A stretch of 64,000 bases of DNA from Tubulanus polymorphus (lineage: Eukaryota > Animalia > Nemertea), in NCBI RefSeq assembly GCF_964204645.1, contig NC_134028.1, positions 16,685,653-16,749,652 of the forward strand, in the 5' to 3' direction. The translations under genes and the position numbers were made by a program. The notes under the pieces were generated by a model. That model had not been told where the DNA came from. It made no database searches and saw only the letters and a program-made list of their open reading frames with translations. The first letter of the stretch is position 1; each line of letters starts with the position of its first letter. This document shows, in pieces, positions 12,543 to 24,080 of this stretch.

Positions 12543-13880
12543 ATGAATTCCAAACAAGAAATAAATGAAATGACATTACCAGAATTGAAATTGGAGCTTT
12601 TAACGTTCGGGGCAAAGGTGTCCGGTAGAAAAAGGAGCTTTGTGAGAGGTGATTTTTAAGTATATCTTATTTTTATGTCCGAATTGAATTGATTGAATTG
12701 TCTGTCTATTTTCGTGCATTTCACTCCCGGTTTCGGCACAAGCACAGAGAACGACGTTTTACTAGATAGAAAAAAGGATTAGTGCATGATAACAGTGGAT
12801 AGAATGATATTCAGTAAATATATGTTTTTGGATGGCTTTAGTTTTAGTAGCTAAAAAAATCCATGGACTGTCACGATGTTATCACTATTAGGCCTACTCT
12901 AGTCTACTCTGGTCTCTTAGACCAGCCTACAGCCACCACAACCGAAAGATACCTGATTGGTTTATGTGACAATACATGACATTAAAGCTATCTTTGTTAT
13001 TTACAGATTAGAATTCTACAGAAGGACAAGTGTACCTGTTAATCTGTCTTTTAGAACGAAAATGAATTGATGATAAATTCTGGGGTAACTTGAAAATTTG
13101 TTGTACATGGGGTAAATTTTAAAAAAATCAAACTCCAGGAAAAAATGATTTTGAATCAGTCAAAATTTTTTATTTATTTTTAGCTTACTACAATTTCAAG
13201 TGAAGAGGCTAAGGAGATTGAGAGAAGAACTCGTGGGCAAATTGTGAATAACGAATGGAAAAAAGAAAGAATTGTCATTCCTTGTCATCGAATAACAGCA
13301 TCACATTTTGGAACAATCGTAAAGTGCACAGTGAGACGAGATAAATTTAAATTGGCTAATTCACTTCTTAGTTCCATTCCTTTAAAATGTAAACCTATCC
13401 TACATTGACAAAAATATGAATCAGTTCAGTGGAAAAGTATGAGGCCTTAACAGGATGTAAAACACAAGAATGCGGATTATTCGCTTGCTCAGCATTATCT
13501 ATTCTGGCTGCCTAACCAGATCAAGTGGTCGCTGCTGACCTAATCTTAGAAGTGAAATGTACGTATGCGTCTAGGGAACGCATACGTAACGCCAGCTACA
13601 GTGCCTTATTTATATTACCACTCCAACAGAAATTTGCAATTAAAGGAAAACCATGATTATTACTACCAAATTCAGGGACAGCTGTATTGCAGTGAGCGAT
13701 AAAAATGTGATCTAGTTGTATTTACAATGAAAGACATTCAAGTGATAAGTGTAGAAAATGACATTGTATTTATTCAGAATATGGTAGATAAATTGTTGCA
13801 GTTTCATTCAGATTTTCATAGAGATGCAAACATCAACATGCAAATTTATGAAAATTATTTTGAATATTCTTTTTGAGAAA
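12543..13880 (+). pseudogene. decayed spliced SAP + YqaJ (lambda-exonuclease-like) gene, ISL2EU-type accessory ORF
   Basis: Exon 12543-12648 reads MNSKQEINEMTLPELKLELLTFGAKVSGRK (SAP-like). The exon from 13184 reads IERRTRGQ..NNEWKKER..RITASHFG..ECGLF..LAA*PD..ILEVKC..HDYYYQIQGQL..CDLVVFT (YqaJ motifs), with stops and frameshifts. Confidence 0.75.
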
Positions 13881-14190
13881 TCTTGTCACCTGAGACAGTA
13901 TTTTAATGTCCATCCAAATGAATTACGAGGCCTTAAGTTCCTAATGGTTTTCAGTTTTTCATTGAAATTTGTGAGAGATCTCAAACATCTGATTTTTCGA
14001 TCAGTCAATTGTCCAAAGTCAACCAATAGTCAACAGTCCTCATTTGTAGGGTTTTTTAAGGAAAATATTGACAAATTTTGACTTAAAATCTTAACTATTA
14101 CCACAGTAAATAGGATTCATCTCCTCGTATGGAATTGGGGTCACCAGATTGTCTCTGCTCACATCTTGTCCACCATAATCTCCTGGGTCG

Positions 14191-15038
14191 CATCGAGTCT
14201 GAAATTCTCGGATCACCAGAAAAAAATCTCAATAAATCTCAGCCTGACATTTCAGTCTACCTGTTGTCACAGCGTCCAACGACTTTTAGGGATGCAAGGG
14301 AGGCAGCCAGAATGGCTGAGTACATTGAACAATGAAAGGCGTTGTCGTCTCCCAAGATATTGCAAATTGGGACCGTACCGGATAAATTTTTATGTGACGT
14401 CATGGGTGAGCTACAGGACATGTTCCGCCAAATTATGGACACTCAACAGTTGGCCCGTACTCAACAGAACGACAGAGGGACTAATTATAGTGAAAGCCGC
14501 CCGTCACGAAGGTCACAGTTGTCACGCACAGGGGGCACATTTCAGCGCGATAATCGCCGTCCCCCATATTCTTTGTAGGGATCAGTTTCATTCACAGTGT
14601 TGGGCGTGAACCCCAACATCGAGTCTGAAATTCTCGGATCACCAGAAAAAAATCTCAATAAATCTCAGCCTGACATTTCAGTCTACCTGTTGTCACAGCG
14701 TCCAACGACTTTTAGGGATGCAAGGGAGGCAGCCAGAATGGCTGAGTACATTGAACAACGAAAGGCGTTGTCGTCTCCCAAGATATTGCAAATTGGGACC
14801 GTACCGGATAAATTTTTATTTGACGTCATGGGTGAGCTACAGGACATGTTCCGCCAAATTATGGACACTCAACAGTTGGCCCGTACTCAACAGAACGACA
14901 GAGGGACTAATTATAGTGAAAGCCGCCCGTCACGAAGGTCACATGTCACGCACAGGGGGCACATTTCAGCGCGATAATCGCCGTACCCCATATTCTTTGT
15001 AGGGATCAGTTTCATTCACAGTGTTGGGCGTGAACCCC
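14191..15038 (+). repeat. 426-bp near-identical tandem duplication of a gag-like remnant
   Basis: 14191-14616 is repeated at 14617-15038 with few substitutions and a 4-bp indel. PDISVYLLSQRPTTFRDAREAARMAE resembles Gypsy gag (weak). Confidence 0.85.
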
Positions 15039-16212
15039 AAGGGGTTAACCAAACATTTAACCAGGGGAACGGCCAGAGACCTCATCCTATGGACTGACAA
15101 GGGTGAGGTCCCGCAATGAATGGTCAACTGAGCCCTCGCCAGATTCGGCAATAAGGAGTGATTTTTGGTCGGATGACACATATTTGGGGTATCATAGATA
15201 TGACAACGACAGTCCAGCAATTGCCAATTACATTTTTGATTATAATGATATTTTTGAGGACAATTAGGGATGATATATTTGACATGTCATTTGATCAAGG
15301 CAACATGCTAGCTGATTCAGTTGACGATTATTTTGAACCTGAGGAAAATTGTACTTGATGACGACGAGTCTTTAGATTTAGATAGGTTTGTCGGCTATCA
15401 TACTCCTCCATGGGGTGCCGATGACGTTTATGACATTCAAGACATTCAAGATCGTAACTTTGGGAACAGCTGGAGGGACAATTCCAAGTTGTTCCAAGGT
15501 GAAAGTTTTCATATGGATCGGGGATCCAATTTTGAGGACAACTGGAGGGACAATTCCCAGTTGTTGGCTACTTACGAGCAGAGGAGTTAATGGTTCGACA
15601 GAAGATGAGATAGGAAGTCTCATTTAGATTGTCACGAAGGCGCTCTTGACCAGTATAGGTACCCAGCAACCTACGCATCAACAATACAACGTGATCTTGT
15701 GTCATCACATTCAGGTAGTAGTAATAATTCACAATGGTTGAAAAGTTATACTAGAGAAATTAATCAGAATATATGTAATTCAATGTTTGAAAATTGTGTT
15801 TTATTTTAAACTGGAAAAGGTGGCAGCACTTTTCAGATTTATTTTTTTACCATTTAAACCAACTCGAGAACTCACAGAAGACCTGAGACCAGCGATTGTG
15901 ATGAGTGGTGGCATGTTTAAGTGTGAAGGGTGACTCAATTTGCCCCTGGGAGTGACATGGCTGGTTCCGATTTTCTGAGCGGCTAGTCGAGGAGGGTGAC
16001 TCGGTTTAACTACTCCTAAGGTATCCACTCAGGTTTTAATGACAACAAACAGAACAAATACTCGTCGCGGGATGGCCACAGAAAGAACCTCACCTCCCAG
16101 AACATTCTTAGTTGAAAAATCATTTAAAAGCTAATCCACAGGATTCATTTTTAAAGAATAAGATCATTTTTATACTTTATTACTTGCAACATGTTTTAGG
16201 CATTTCTTGACA

Positions 16213-16495
16213 CTATGCAACGTCTAAAATTACACAAGTAAAAGCAACTCGAGATTCTATGATTTTTCCTGCCAGCACCGTTTTTGTATAGTTCAAAGGC
16301 TGCATCAAAATCATAAATGACTTAGCGACACCTATGGTACGTTCTACATGCACTCTCTTGCTGGCGGTTTTTCTATCTTTAATAACAGATTGGACTGACA
16401 TTCGATTCTTTTTTCTAAAGAACGATGGAATATTAATAAAAACATTTTGAGGCACAAAGAGGTCGTCAACATTAAACACTTTATCCACCATTATA
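16213..16495 (-). pseudogene. C-terminal fragment of a DDE_Tnp_4 (Harbinger/ISL2EU) transposase
   Basis: MVDKVFNVDDLF...INIPSFF...DRKTASKRVHVERTIGVAKSFMIL matches the xDKGF...RxHVERxIG signature; convergent with the YqaJ remnant. Confidence 0.75.
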
Positions 16496-16621
16496 CTGAT
16501 GTTGACGTGATTTATTATGAAAAGATATATTTGATTTACTAACATATTTATCACAATATTTGCAAAACATTTCATTTTTATCACCATTTTCACTTGTATT
16601 TTTATCCTCCATTTATATAGA

Positions 16622-17516
16622 AACAAGGCAATTCGATACTACGTATGTATGTCCCCCGCGATAGCCAGTAGGGAATGAATGACCCCCGAAGACACTAATC
16701 TTTGGTATAGAAAAATGATGAGTGTATCCAGGAATAACCATACTATGAAATATCATTTTCCTGCTATGAATGGTTATTTAAGAATTGAGTTTACAGGGTT
16801 TTAGGCAAAAGACGTCTACCAACCTTGACCTTTGACCCTAGAACTCCAAAATCACTAATGCACAACCTCTCCCCAGGGGTAATCATACTATGAAATAGCA
16901 TTGTTCTGTTATCAATGGTTCTTCTTGGATCGTGTTTACAAGGTTTCATATGAATGAAATCTAGTGACCTTGACCTTTCCCCCAAAATCAATAGGGCACA
17001 TCCTCTCCCTAGGGGTAATCGTGCGATGTAATATCATTGTATTGCTATCAACAGTTCTTTCTGAATCACATTCACGACACAAGGTTTCACATGAATGACC
17101 TGAAGTGACCTTGACGTTTGATCCTTGGAGCCCAGAATCAATAGGGCACATCCTCTCCCTGTGGGTAATCATACTACGTAATATCATGGTCGTGCTATCA
17201 ACGGTTCTTCTTGAGTGATGTTCACAAGGTTTCACATGAATGACCTGTAGTGACCTTGAACTTTGGTACTTGGACCCCAAAATCAATAGGGCATATCCTC
17301 TCCCTAGGGCTAATCATACTACATAATATCATGGTCCTGCTATCGACGGTTCTTCTTGAATCACATTCACAAGGTTTAACATGAATGACCTGTAGTGACC
17401 TTGACCTTTGATGTAATATCTTAGTCCTGCGATCAACGGTTCCTCTTGAATCGCGTTCACAAGCTCATGCTGACGGAGGCGGATACCAAGTCCCACGCTC
17501 GCGTGGGGGACAAAAA
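16622..17516 (+). mobile_element. non-autonomous Helentron-like element, family B, with ~140-bp internal tandem repeats
   Basis: Starts AACAAG; subterminal GTCCCCCGCG; internal units with TGACCTTGACCTTT...CCCCAAAATCAATAGGG; 3' hairpin GTCCCACGC-TC-GCGTGGGGGAC followed by AAAAA. Confidence 0.7.
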
Positions 17517-19066
17517 TCACCCAATATATTTCACCCAACATTTTTTACCCAAAAAGCTCCCTACCTCATACCCCTAGTATGAAACCTCCAATTCTCCTTT
17601 ACTCTAATTGGATTTGTAAATTATGAGATTTATAATTAATTTTGCTAGAATCAACATAAAATTTTTATTCTTTTAATTTATCTTGCATTTATTTCATATA
17701 TTTTTTTATCTTATTCAAAATCTATATCATGATGTCATTTTATATCCTTACCTTTATATATGAAAAAGAAATCACCAGAACATAATTCTTCAATATCTTC
17801 ACTGGATAATCGATGAAATCTATCTGGTTAATATGTTCAAATTTAATAAACATATTACCTTTCAATCCTTCATATTCTAATTGTAATACAATTGATCACC
17901 ATATTTATCTACAATTGTTTCAATATCTTTTATTAAATAAATACTTCTTACATAATGTTAATTCTGTTAACTTTTAAATTTATAATCTACAGATTTAACA
18001 CACGCAGTAACTTAAAATGTATCTAGAAATAATGTGTTATTTTCACAGTTTTGTTTACACTCCATTTAAATATGTAAATTTTTTATTAAAATTGGTTCTA
18101 GAAATATATCATACTTCATATATGAATATAATAAAAATATTACATATATAAAATCATTAGAGTAATAAGCTATTTTCACATCTCCGCAGTAAAGAAAATG
18201 CTGCAATCTATGCGGCGCATCAACATGGAATTTTCAGCACAGTACAAGAAAAATGAAAAATCCTCATCAATTTTCTTTCTTCTTTTGTAGTTTTCTTAAT
18301 GAAGAATTTCATATGTTCTACCATTAATATATAAAAAGTCTACTTGTAAATTCGACAGCAAATGTTGTACAAATCCGCTCATGTTGTGCTTACGTTAGTA
18401 CATCAGGATGACGTCACATTACATCGCAAAAATCCCCAAAAAGCGACATAAAATTGCCAATTAACCTAATCTAAGCTTTATCAATAGCCTTCAAACACAG
18501 TCACCTGTTAGCTGCAATCAAAACTGCAGAATTTGAAGTCCTTAGCCCATGAATCATTTCATACTCTGAGGAGTTATCGGTCAACACAAATTCAACACTC
18601 CGTTGTTACTACTGTCCAAATACATATAGAACCGAGTTCCGTGAAGTCTACTGTTCTACCAAGATTATTAAGGGGAGAGGCAAAATTGTCCATACGTGCT
18701 ATATGTATTGAACACTTGCTAGCTCTGATACCTTTCTCCTTTAGTATCCGCATTCTCCGGATTCTGCTCCGTCGAAAACCTAATGGAAATTTTCAAAACT
18801 CTAATGGATAAGTAAATAGATAATTCTGAGAGGCAATTTTTTCATGACAATTTTATTTTACTATTTACATCATATCTCATCATAGAAATGACAACTCAAT
18901 TAAATCGATTTAGAATAAATGTACAGTAGAGTACGCCGTCGGATAGGTTAAAAGGTCAAGTGCCCTCTAAGTAGAATTTTGTGTATTACCTATTATGTAA
19001 CTGTGAAATGTGTATAAATGATGTGTGTTACTATTTTGATTTTGGTAAACCATTACTGAGAAGTAA

Positions 19067-19780
19067 TGCTAGGTTCACATACACACACACACACACGATT
19101 TTTCGTCGAGGAATCGAGCAACTCACTATCGAGGACAACTATTTTGAAATGAGTCATGTGTGTGAACGAAAAAGTTGCTCGATTTTCCTCGACACAACTC
19201 TAGTCTCGACTAGTTGAGAGAAATAGAACATGTTCTATTTCTCTCAACTCAGTCGAGGAGTTGAGAGAAATCTAACCAATCAACATGCAGTATATTCGCG
19301 CGCATTTTAATAGTCTTCCTTTCTGGTAAGAGAGGGCAATATATTACTACGATTTCTACAATAAAAGAATAAACCTTTTATAAAATCTCATCAATCTCAT
19401 GTCTATCAGATAATTGATATGAGACTCGTGAATTCAAACGAATTCAAGACTCATCAAATTTCTGGAGTCAGACGGTTCCAGGATCCCCTAACACCAGGCA
19501 TGATATATCCATGGATGCTGAATAGGCCAAAGTCGTTTTATCACAATAATTGTTATCTTTTAAATTTCTGCTTAAATTGCGATTTCTTGTTCATCCTTCA
19601 TGCCTTCTACACTGCTGCATCTACGCCCAGCTGGAGTTGTGTGAATTATGCTGTGTGTGTGAACACATATTTTGACACAACTTTGTTTATTTTTCTAACC
19701 GGGTCAGAAGTTGAGAAATCGAGAAGTTGAGACAACTTCGCAATTTCTCTTCAAAAAGTCGTGTGTGTGTGAACCCAGCA
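19067..19780. mobile_element. PIF/Harbinger-like MITE
   Basis: TIRs TGCTAGGTTCACA(CA)nCGA / TCG(TG)nTGAACCCAGCA, flanked by TAA and TTA. Confidence 0.75.
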
Positions 19781-20852
19781 TTAGACTATTTTCACCAGCT
19801 TGCCATACACAGCATGTGCACATTTGCAAGGAAAAACCCACGATCGCTGACGTCATTGATGTACATAGGATAGAGTCAAGTACCGTCATAACTTCAGTCA
19901 CAAAATATTTGCGGCATAACGGAATGATGATCCTGAGAGTTGACATAGTATTCACGGTATGACTATTGACTAACATTTTCCCACAGCTTATAAAGATGCA
20001 TATCATATGTAAAAAAAGTTTAAATAAATAATACAAATGGTCTTTTGAAAATATTCGAGAACTTTTCTTACGTAGATCACTGTGCAATAGGGGAGGGGTC
20101 AGTGTAATTGCGTTCTATCTTGCGCACTGTGTACGAATTGTATATCGTTTCATTGCCCTCTTGCGATCAATTTATACAGGACAAATTTAAGGAAGTAAAA
20201 TATTTGATTGTAGCAAAACAATGATACCGCGGCCACGGCCAAGCCACGGCCATCAGCTGTTAACCTTATCAGAGAAAAGACTTGACTCTAATTGGTTCCT
20301 TAAAATGTGATGTACTTCGTCCTATGCTCTCAGGATATTACTTTCCGAGATTTATCATCCAAATGATACTTATTAGTACATTGTGACAACCTATGATCGG
20401 CCTGGTAGGAAAAATATCACTAATTAGACCACATAAAAAAACCTGTTTCTCTGGCCCGATAACCCTATATTTCAAATAACTTTTTTTCAGAATAAAATAA
20501 AATTGCCTACCAACTATCTTCATAATTTTGGGTGATTTAATTTTTTTTTAAATTATATGTGGCTGTCTGACTACCAAACTCGTCGTTCTCGTAAAAATCT
20601 TTTTCTTCTAACCAAATCATAATATAATTACTTAGATCAACATCATGAAAATATTTCATCACATTAGATTCAACAGTTTGATCCTGGAAATGGTACAGCC
20701 ATCCTCAGACAACTTGGCTAATCAGAACTCATCTACGGTAGGGGGCTGATCACGACTGAAAGGCCTTCGTTCCGCGATTAGCTGCCAGAAAACTTTCTGT
20801 CACAAACTGAACATTTGATTTCAGCATTTTGTAAGAATAATTTTGACATTCA

Positions 20853-20961
20853 GGGTTCAGTTCCACAGTTCTGAGTTAAGATTTGACTATGAGCTAACTC
20901 ATTGAAAATGAACTAATTTTAACTCAGAGTTAACTCAGACTCACAACTGTGGAACTGGGCC
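20853..20961. mobile_element. short palindromic MITE
   Basis: CAGTTCCACAGTT ... AACTGTGGAACTG inverted arms. Confidence 0.5.
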
Positions 20962-21554
20962 AGCAACTTGGAACTTTAAGCAACTGTTTCTAAACTCAGG
21001 GATAAATATGTGTAATTGATTCTTTGCAATCAAATAAGCCCTCCAAAATGATTGAGAATGTTAGTCAGAAACTTGGAGATGATAACAAGGCCTATAGCCC
21101 ACTTTTGACCATTGTTTTAACTAGTCTGGCCAACATGACTATGCAGTATAAAATGCCAATCCAGTGTGTACACAGCAATTAAAGCAATTAATGTGATCAT
21201 CAAACAACACCATGCATTCACTCTGTCTCACTACAGTTCATGATCCGGCCTACATTGAGGGAATGTTTGAAAAAAGGTCCTTTAGAAATAGATAAAACCT
21301 CTTCATGACCCCTTTAAACGCAAACGAAACGAGTCAAGTTTCTTCTAGGCTGTACCGTACCCATTTTTGGTGATTGCCCCGCCCGAGAAACAGGATTTTT
21401 TGTGTGGCCTCAGCCCCAAATTGAGAAAACTAAACTAAACCACTCAATCATGATACATCCTTCATTCGGGCAAACCAAGAGCAACGGGAATTTCAAGGAA
21501 GCAAAAGAACATCTGTATACGTAATGGTGCTCTTATAGCAGTCTACACAATACA

Positions 21555-22411
21555 AACAAGAGCCCCAAAGGGCACTATGGCCAGCCTGTCAGCTTTTCAT
21601 AAAATGGCATATGATGCATTCTGTGGGTTAAATTTGTCCAAATACACTCATAACTCAATCGTGCTTTCATAAGTAGCACAGACAGTGACTGGAGCTGGCA
21701 GGAACAAATACCTCAGATAAATCTTTTTTCCCTTAGTGATTTGAATGCGGAATAGAATTGAATTTTCTGAAATTTGCTCAATGAAGCAAAACTGAATTGG
21801 ATTTGCTGTTTACCTTGTTCAATACAGTAAAATTGGATTGGATATATTTCAATAAAATTGATTGATTGTTTGATTGAATTTGCAGTTTGAGTTCATGGCT
21901 AATTAGCTTATCAAGTTCATCCATCCGATTTGAGAAAAAGCTATTTTTCCCGGACTTTGCACGAATGTCAATGATATTTTCTGAAGTGCAAATAAAAATA
22001 TTCCTCCCAAAAACCAAATCAACTAAAGATTTCACAGAAATCGGTATTGAAATACAATTTTAGAACTTAAAATGAAACCCGGAAGTAAATGGGTAGACGA
22101 TACCGCGGGTTCACGTGAACACCTGCCGATGTCTGCGGCTAAGCCAATCATAGAGGAGTCTTTGCATTCTGATTGGCTTTTTAAAAAAGATATTTTTGCA
22201 TTCAGATTTTCGCGAAAAAGCTCATAAATTTTAACGAGGCCCTCTTTCAAAATTCAGCTTCATAGGGGATGGAGAATGGATAATGCTTTAATGAATGATA
22301 TGTATGAATATATGCTTAGTTGCAGTCAAAAAGCCTTTACTCTGGAAACCACGTCGTTCAAATTCGCTCCATTTGTGTAGTAATAGGCTCAGCCTACGGC
22401 TGGCCTATAAA
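21555..22411 (+). mobile_element. non-autonomous Helentron-like element, family C
   Basis: AACAAG start, subterminal GGCCAGCC, 3' hairpin TAGGCTCAGCC-TAC-GGCTGGCCTA. Second copy at 35539-36368. Confidence 0.7.
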
Positions 22412-22833
22412 TGATCAGTACCGGTACTGTTTTCCAACAGTAGCAATGAAGCTATTGAAATGAAGACAATCTGGTTACCCCAATTCATTGTCTGTGAAAT
22501 GTGATTGCATACTCAGACCTCGTTGAAGAAAAACTCAAAGAATAAAACTTTAAACATAGAAGCCTTTGAAAAAGATGGAACATCTAACAAAATTATTCAT
22601 TTGTGTAAATATGTACTTCATGTAAATAGAAAACTGTTCTAGGAGAACAAGGTAATTCCCTTTATATGTTTAAGCATCCTGCACTAGATTGGTCAAATTT
22701 TGGATACATGGTTGAAGTAAGAAAATAGTTTGATATTCACTGCATTTAATTATATTATACTATTTGATCAATACACTTCAGCATCATTAAAATCATGATC
22801 AAATTATGCGAGACTAACTGTAGGCCCATTGAA

Positions 22834-22981
22834 TCAGTTTTCTAACACATCACTTTTAGTAATAACTAACATCTGAAGAGATGGAACATTACGATTAAAA
22901 TCCCAGTAAAAATCTTCTATTGGGATATGTGTACATTTCAAGTTCCACTTATGTAGCAGCTGAGTAATATTCCTGTCTGCA
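22834..22981 (-). CDS. METTL23: METTL23-like methyltransferase, last coding exon (5)
   Basis: tttcag| acceptor, phase 2. (S)ADRNITQLLHKWNLKCTHIPIEDF...* matches the METTL23 C-terminus (RSADW..LLxKWxxKCxHIP). ATTAAA on the minus strand at 22750-22745. Confidence 0.85.
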
Positions 22982-23021
22982 CTGAAATCAAAATACAAAA
23001 TAATCATTCTAAAAATACAAT

Positions 23022-23954
23022 TTACAAAAAGAACTTACGTCTACTTGTTTCCATTTCATGCCGTTTATGAACCCATTCATATTCACCAAATTTAGAGTCA
23101 AAAGTGCCTTTCTGAAGGGAACGCAATTTCAGAGTAAATCTCGGGCCTAATTCTTTAAGTCCAACTTTCTGTGAATTACGGAATTCATACCGATGTTGAC
23201 GAAAAAATATAAAATCCCGTTGATTGTGAAATGTAACTACCCTACGACCTTCAAACTGAGGACTATGGGGAAATAAAGATGCCATTAACCGCCCTATTCT
23301 ATGACCGAGATGAGTATTGAAATTGTTGAGAATGACTTCTGGATGATGACATGACATACTACCCATCTTTTTTAAGTCACCTACCAATTTTACATTACTA
23401 ACTTTGAAATGGGCAGTTGGGCCATCAGGTAAGTGTGAAATTACTAAACCATTAGGTATACCACGATTTTGATTAACAACGAGTAAATCAGTATATTCAC
23501 ATCCTTTACACTGTTCAATGATCTTCTTGAGAGCTAAACCACGGCGATATTTAACAACAGAGTTCGGAATAATTCTCTTCAGTTCTTTACAAAAGCAATC
23601 AGTTCGACCACGGGATGATCGATCTGATGCAACAATAAGAATTTTAGGAGTTGTTTCGCGGTTGAAATATGGGGCTAATTCATCATTTGCTTCGTCAACT
23701 GCAACCTCCTCATCTTCAGGATTAACAAATGTTTCATCATAAACTCGACAATTTTCAATCGTTTTTGGAACCTGCTTAGGGGGTGCATTATCACCTAATG
23801 CTTTTCTTTCTTCTTTTTGTAGTTTTTTCTGCTTCTTCTTCTGTTTTCTTTGTTCACGTTTCATTTCAAGATAAGCTGCAGTTCTACGCTGCTTGTTTTT
23901 TATCTGAGAAATATTTGTCTTCGGAACACACCCTTCAACTGCTTTATCAGCCAT
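23022..23954 (-). CDS. RPF1: Ribosome production factor 1 (Brix domain), intronless, nested in METTL23 intron 4
   Basis: Intact 310-aa ORF with [100 protein letters not shown]. Strong start context gaaaATGG. Confidence 0.95.
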   Translation of the reverse strand: MADKAVEGCVPKTNISQIKNKQRRTAAYLEMKREQRKQKKKQKKLQKEERKALGDNAPPKQVPKTIENCRVYDETFVNPEDEEVAVDEANDELAPYFNRETTPKILIVASDRSSRGRTDCFCKELKRIIPNSVVKYRRGLALKKIIEQCKGCEYTDLLVVNQNRGIPNGLVISHLPDGPTAHFKVSNVKLVGDLKKMGSMSCHHPEVILNNFNTHLGHRIGRLMASLFPHSPQFEGRRVVTFHNQRDFIFFRQHRYEFRNSQKVGLKELGPRFTLKLRSLQKGTFDSKFGEYEWVHKRHEMETSRRKFFL

Positions 23955-23973
23955 TTTCAACAAAGAATTTTAC

Positions 23974-24058
23974 CTTCGCTCTTGGTAAGTTGTCCAAAAT
24001 TCAGCCGATGGATTTTCTTCTAAAATATAGCTTACAGTCACAAGAATATCTTCGAAAT
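23974..24058 (-). CDS. METTL23: METTL23-like methyltransferase, coding exon 4
   Basis: tttcag| ... |gtaaaa; 85 nt; (D)FEDILVTVSYILEENPSAEFWTTYQER. Phases match exons 3 and 5. Confidence 0.88.
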
Positions 24059-24080
24059 CTGAAAATTATAAGAAGAAACA

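Noticed and set aside
23955-23963. TTG start for RPF1 given in the ORF track
   Set aside because: Eukaryotic gene; the ATG at 23954 has a strong context.
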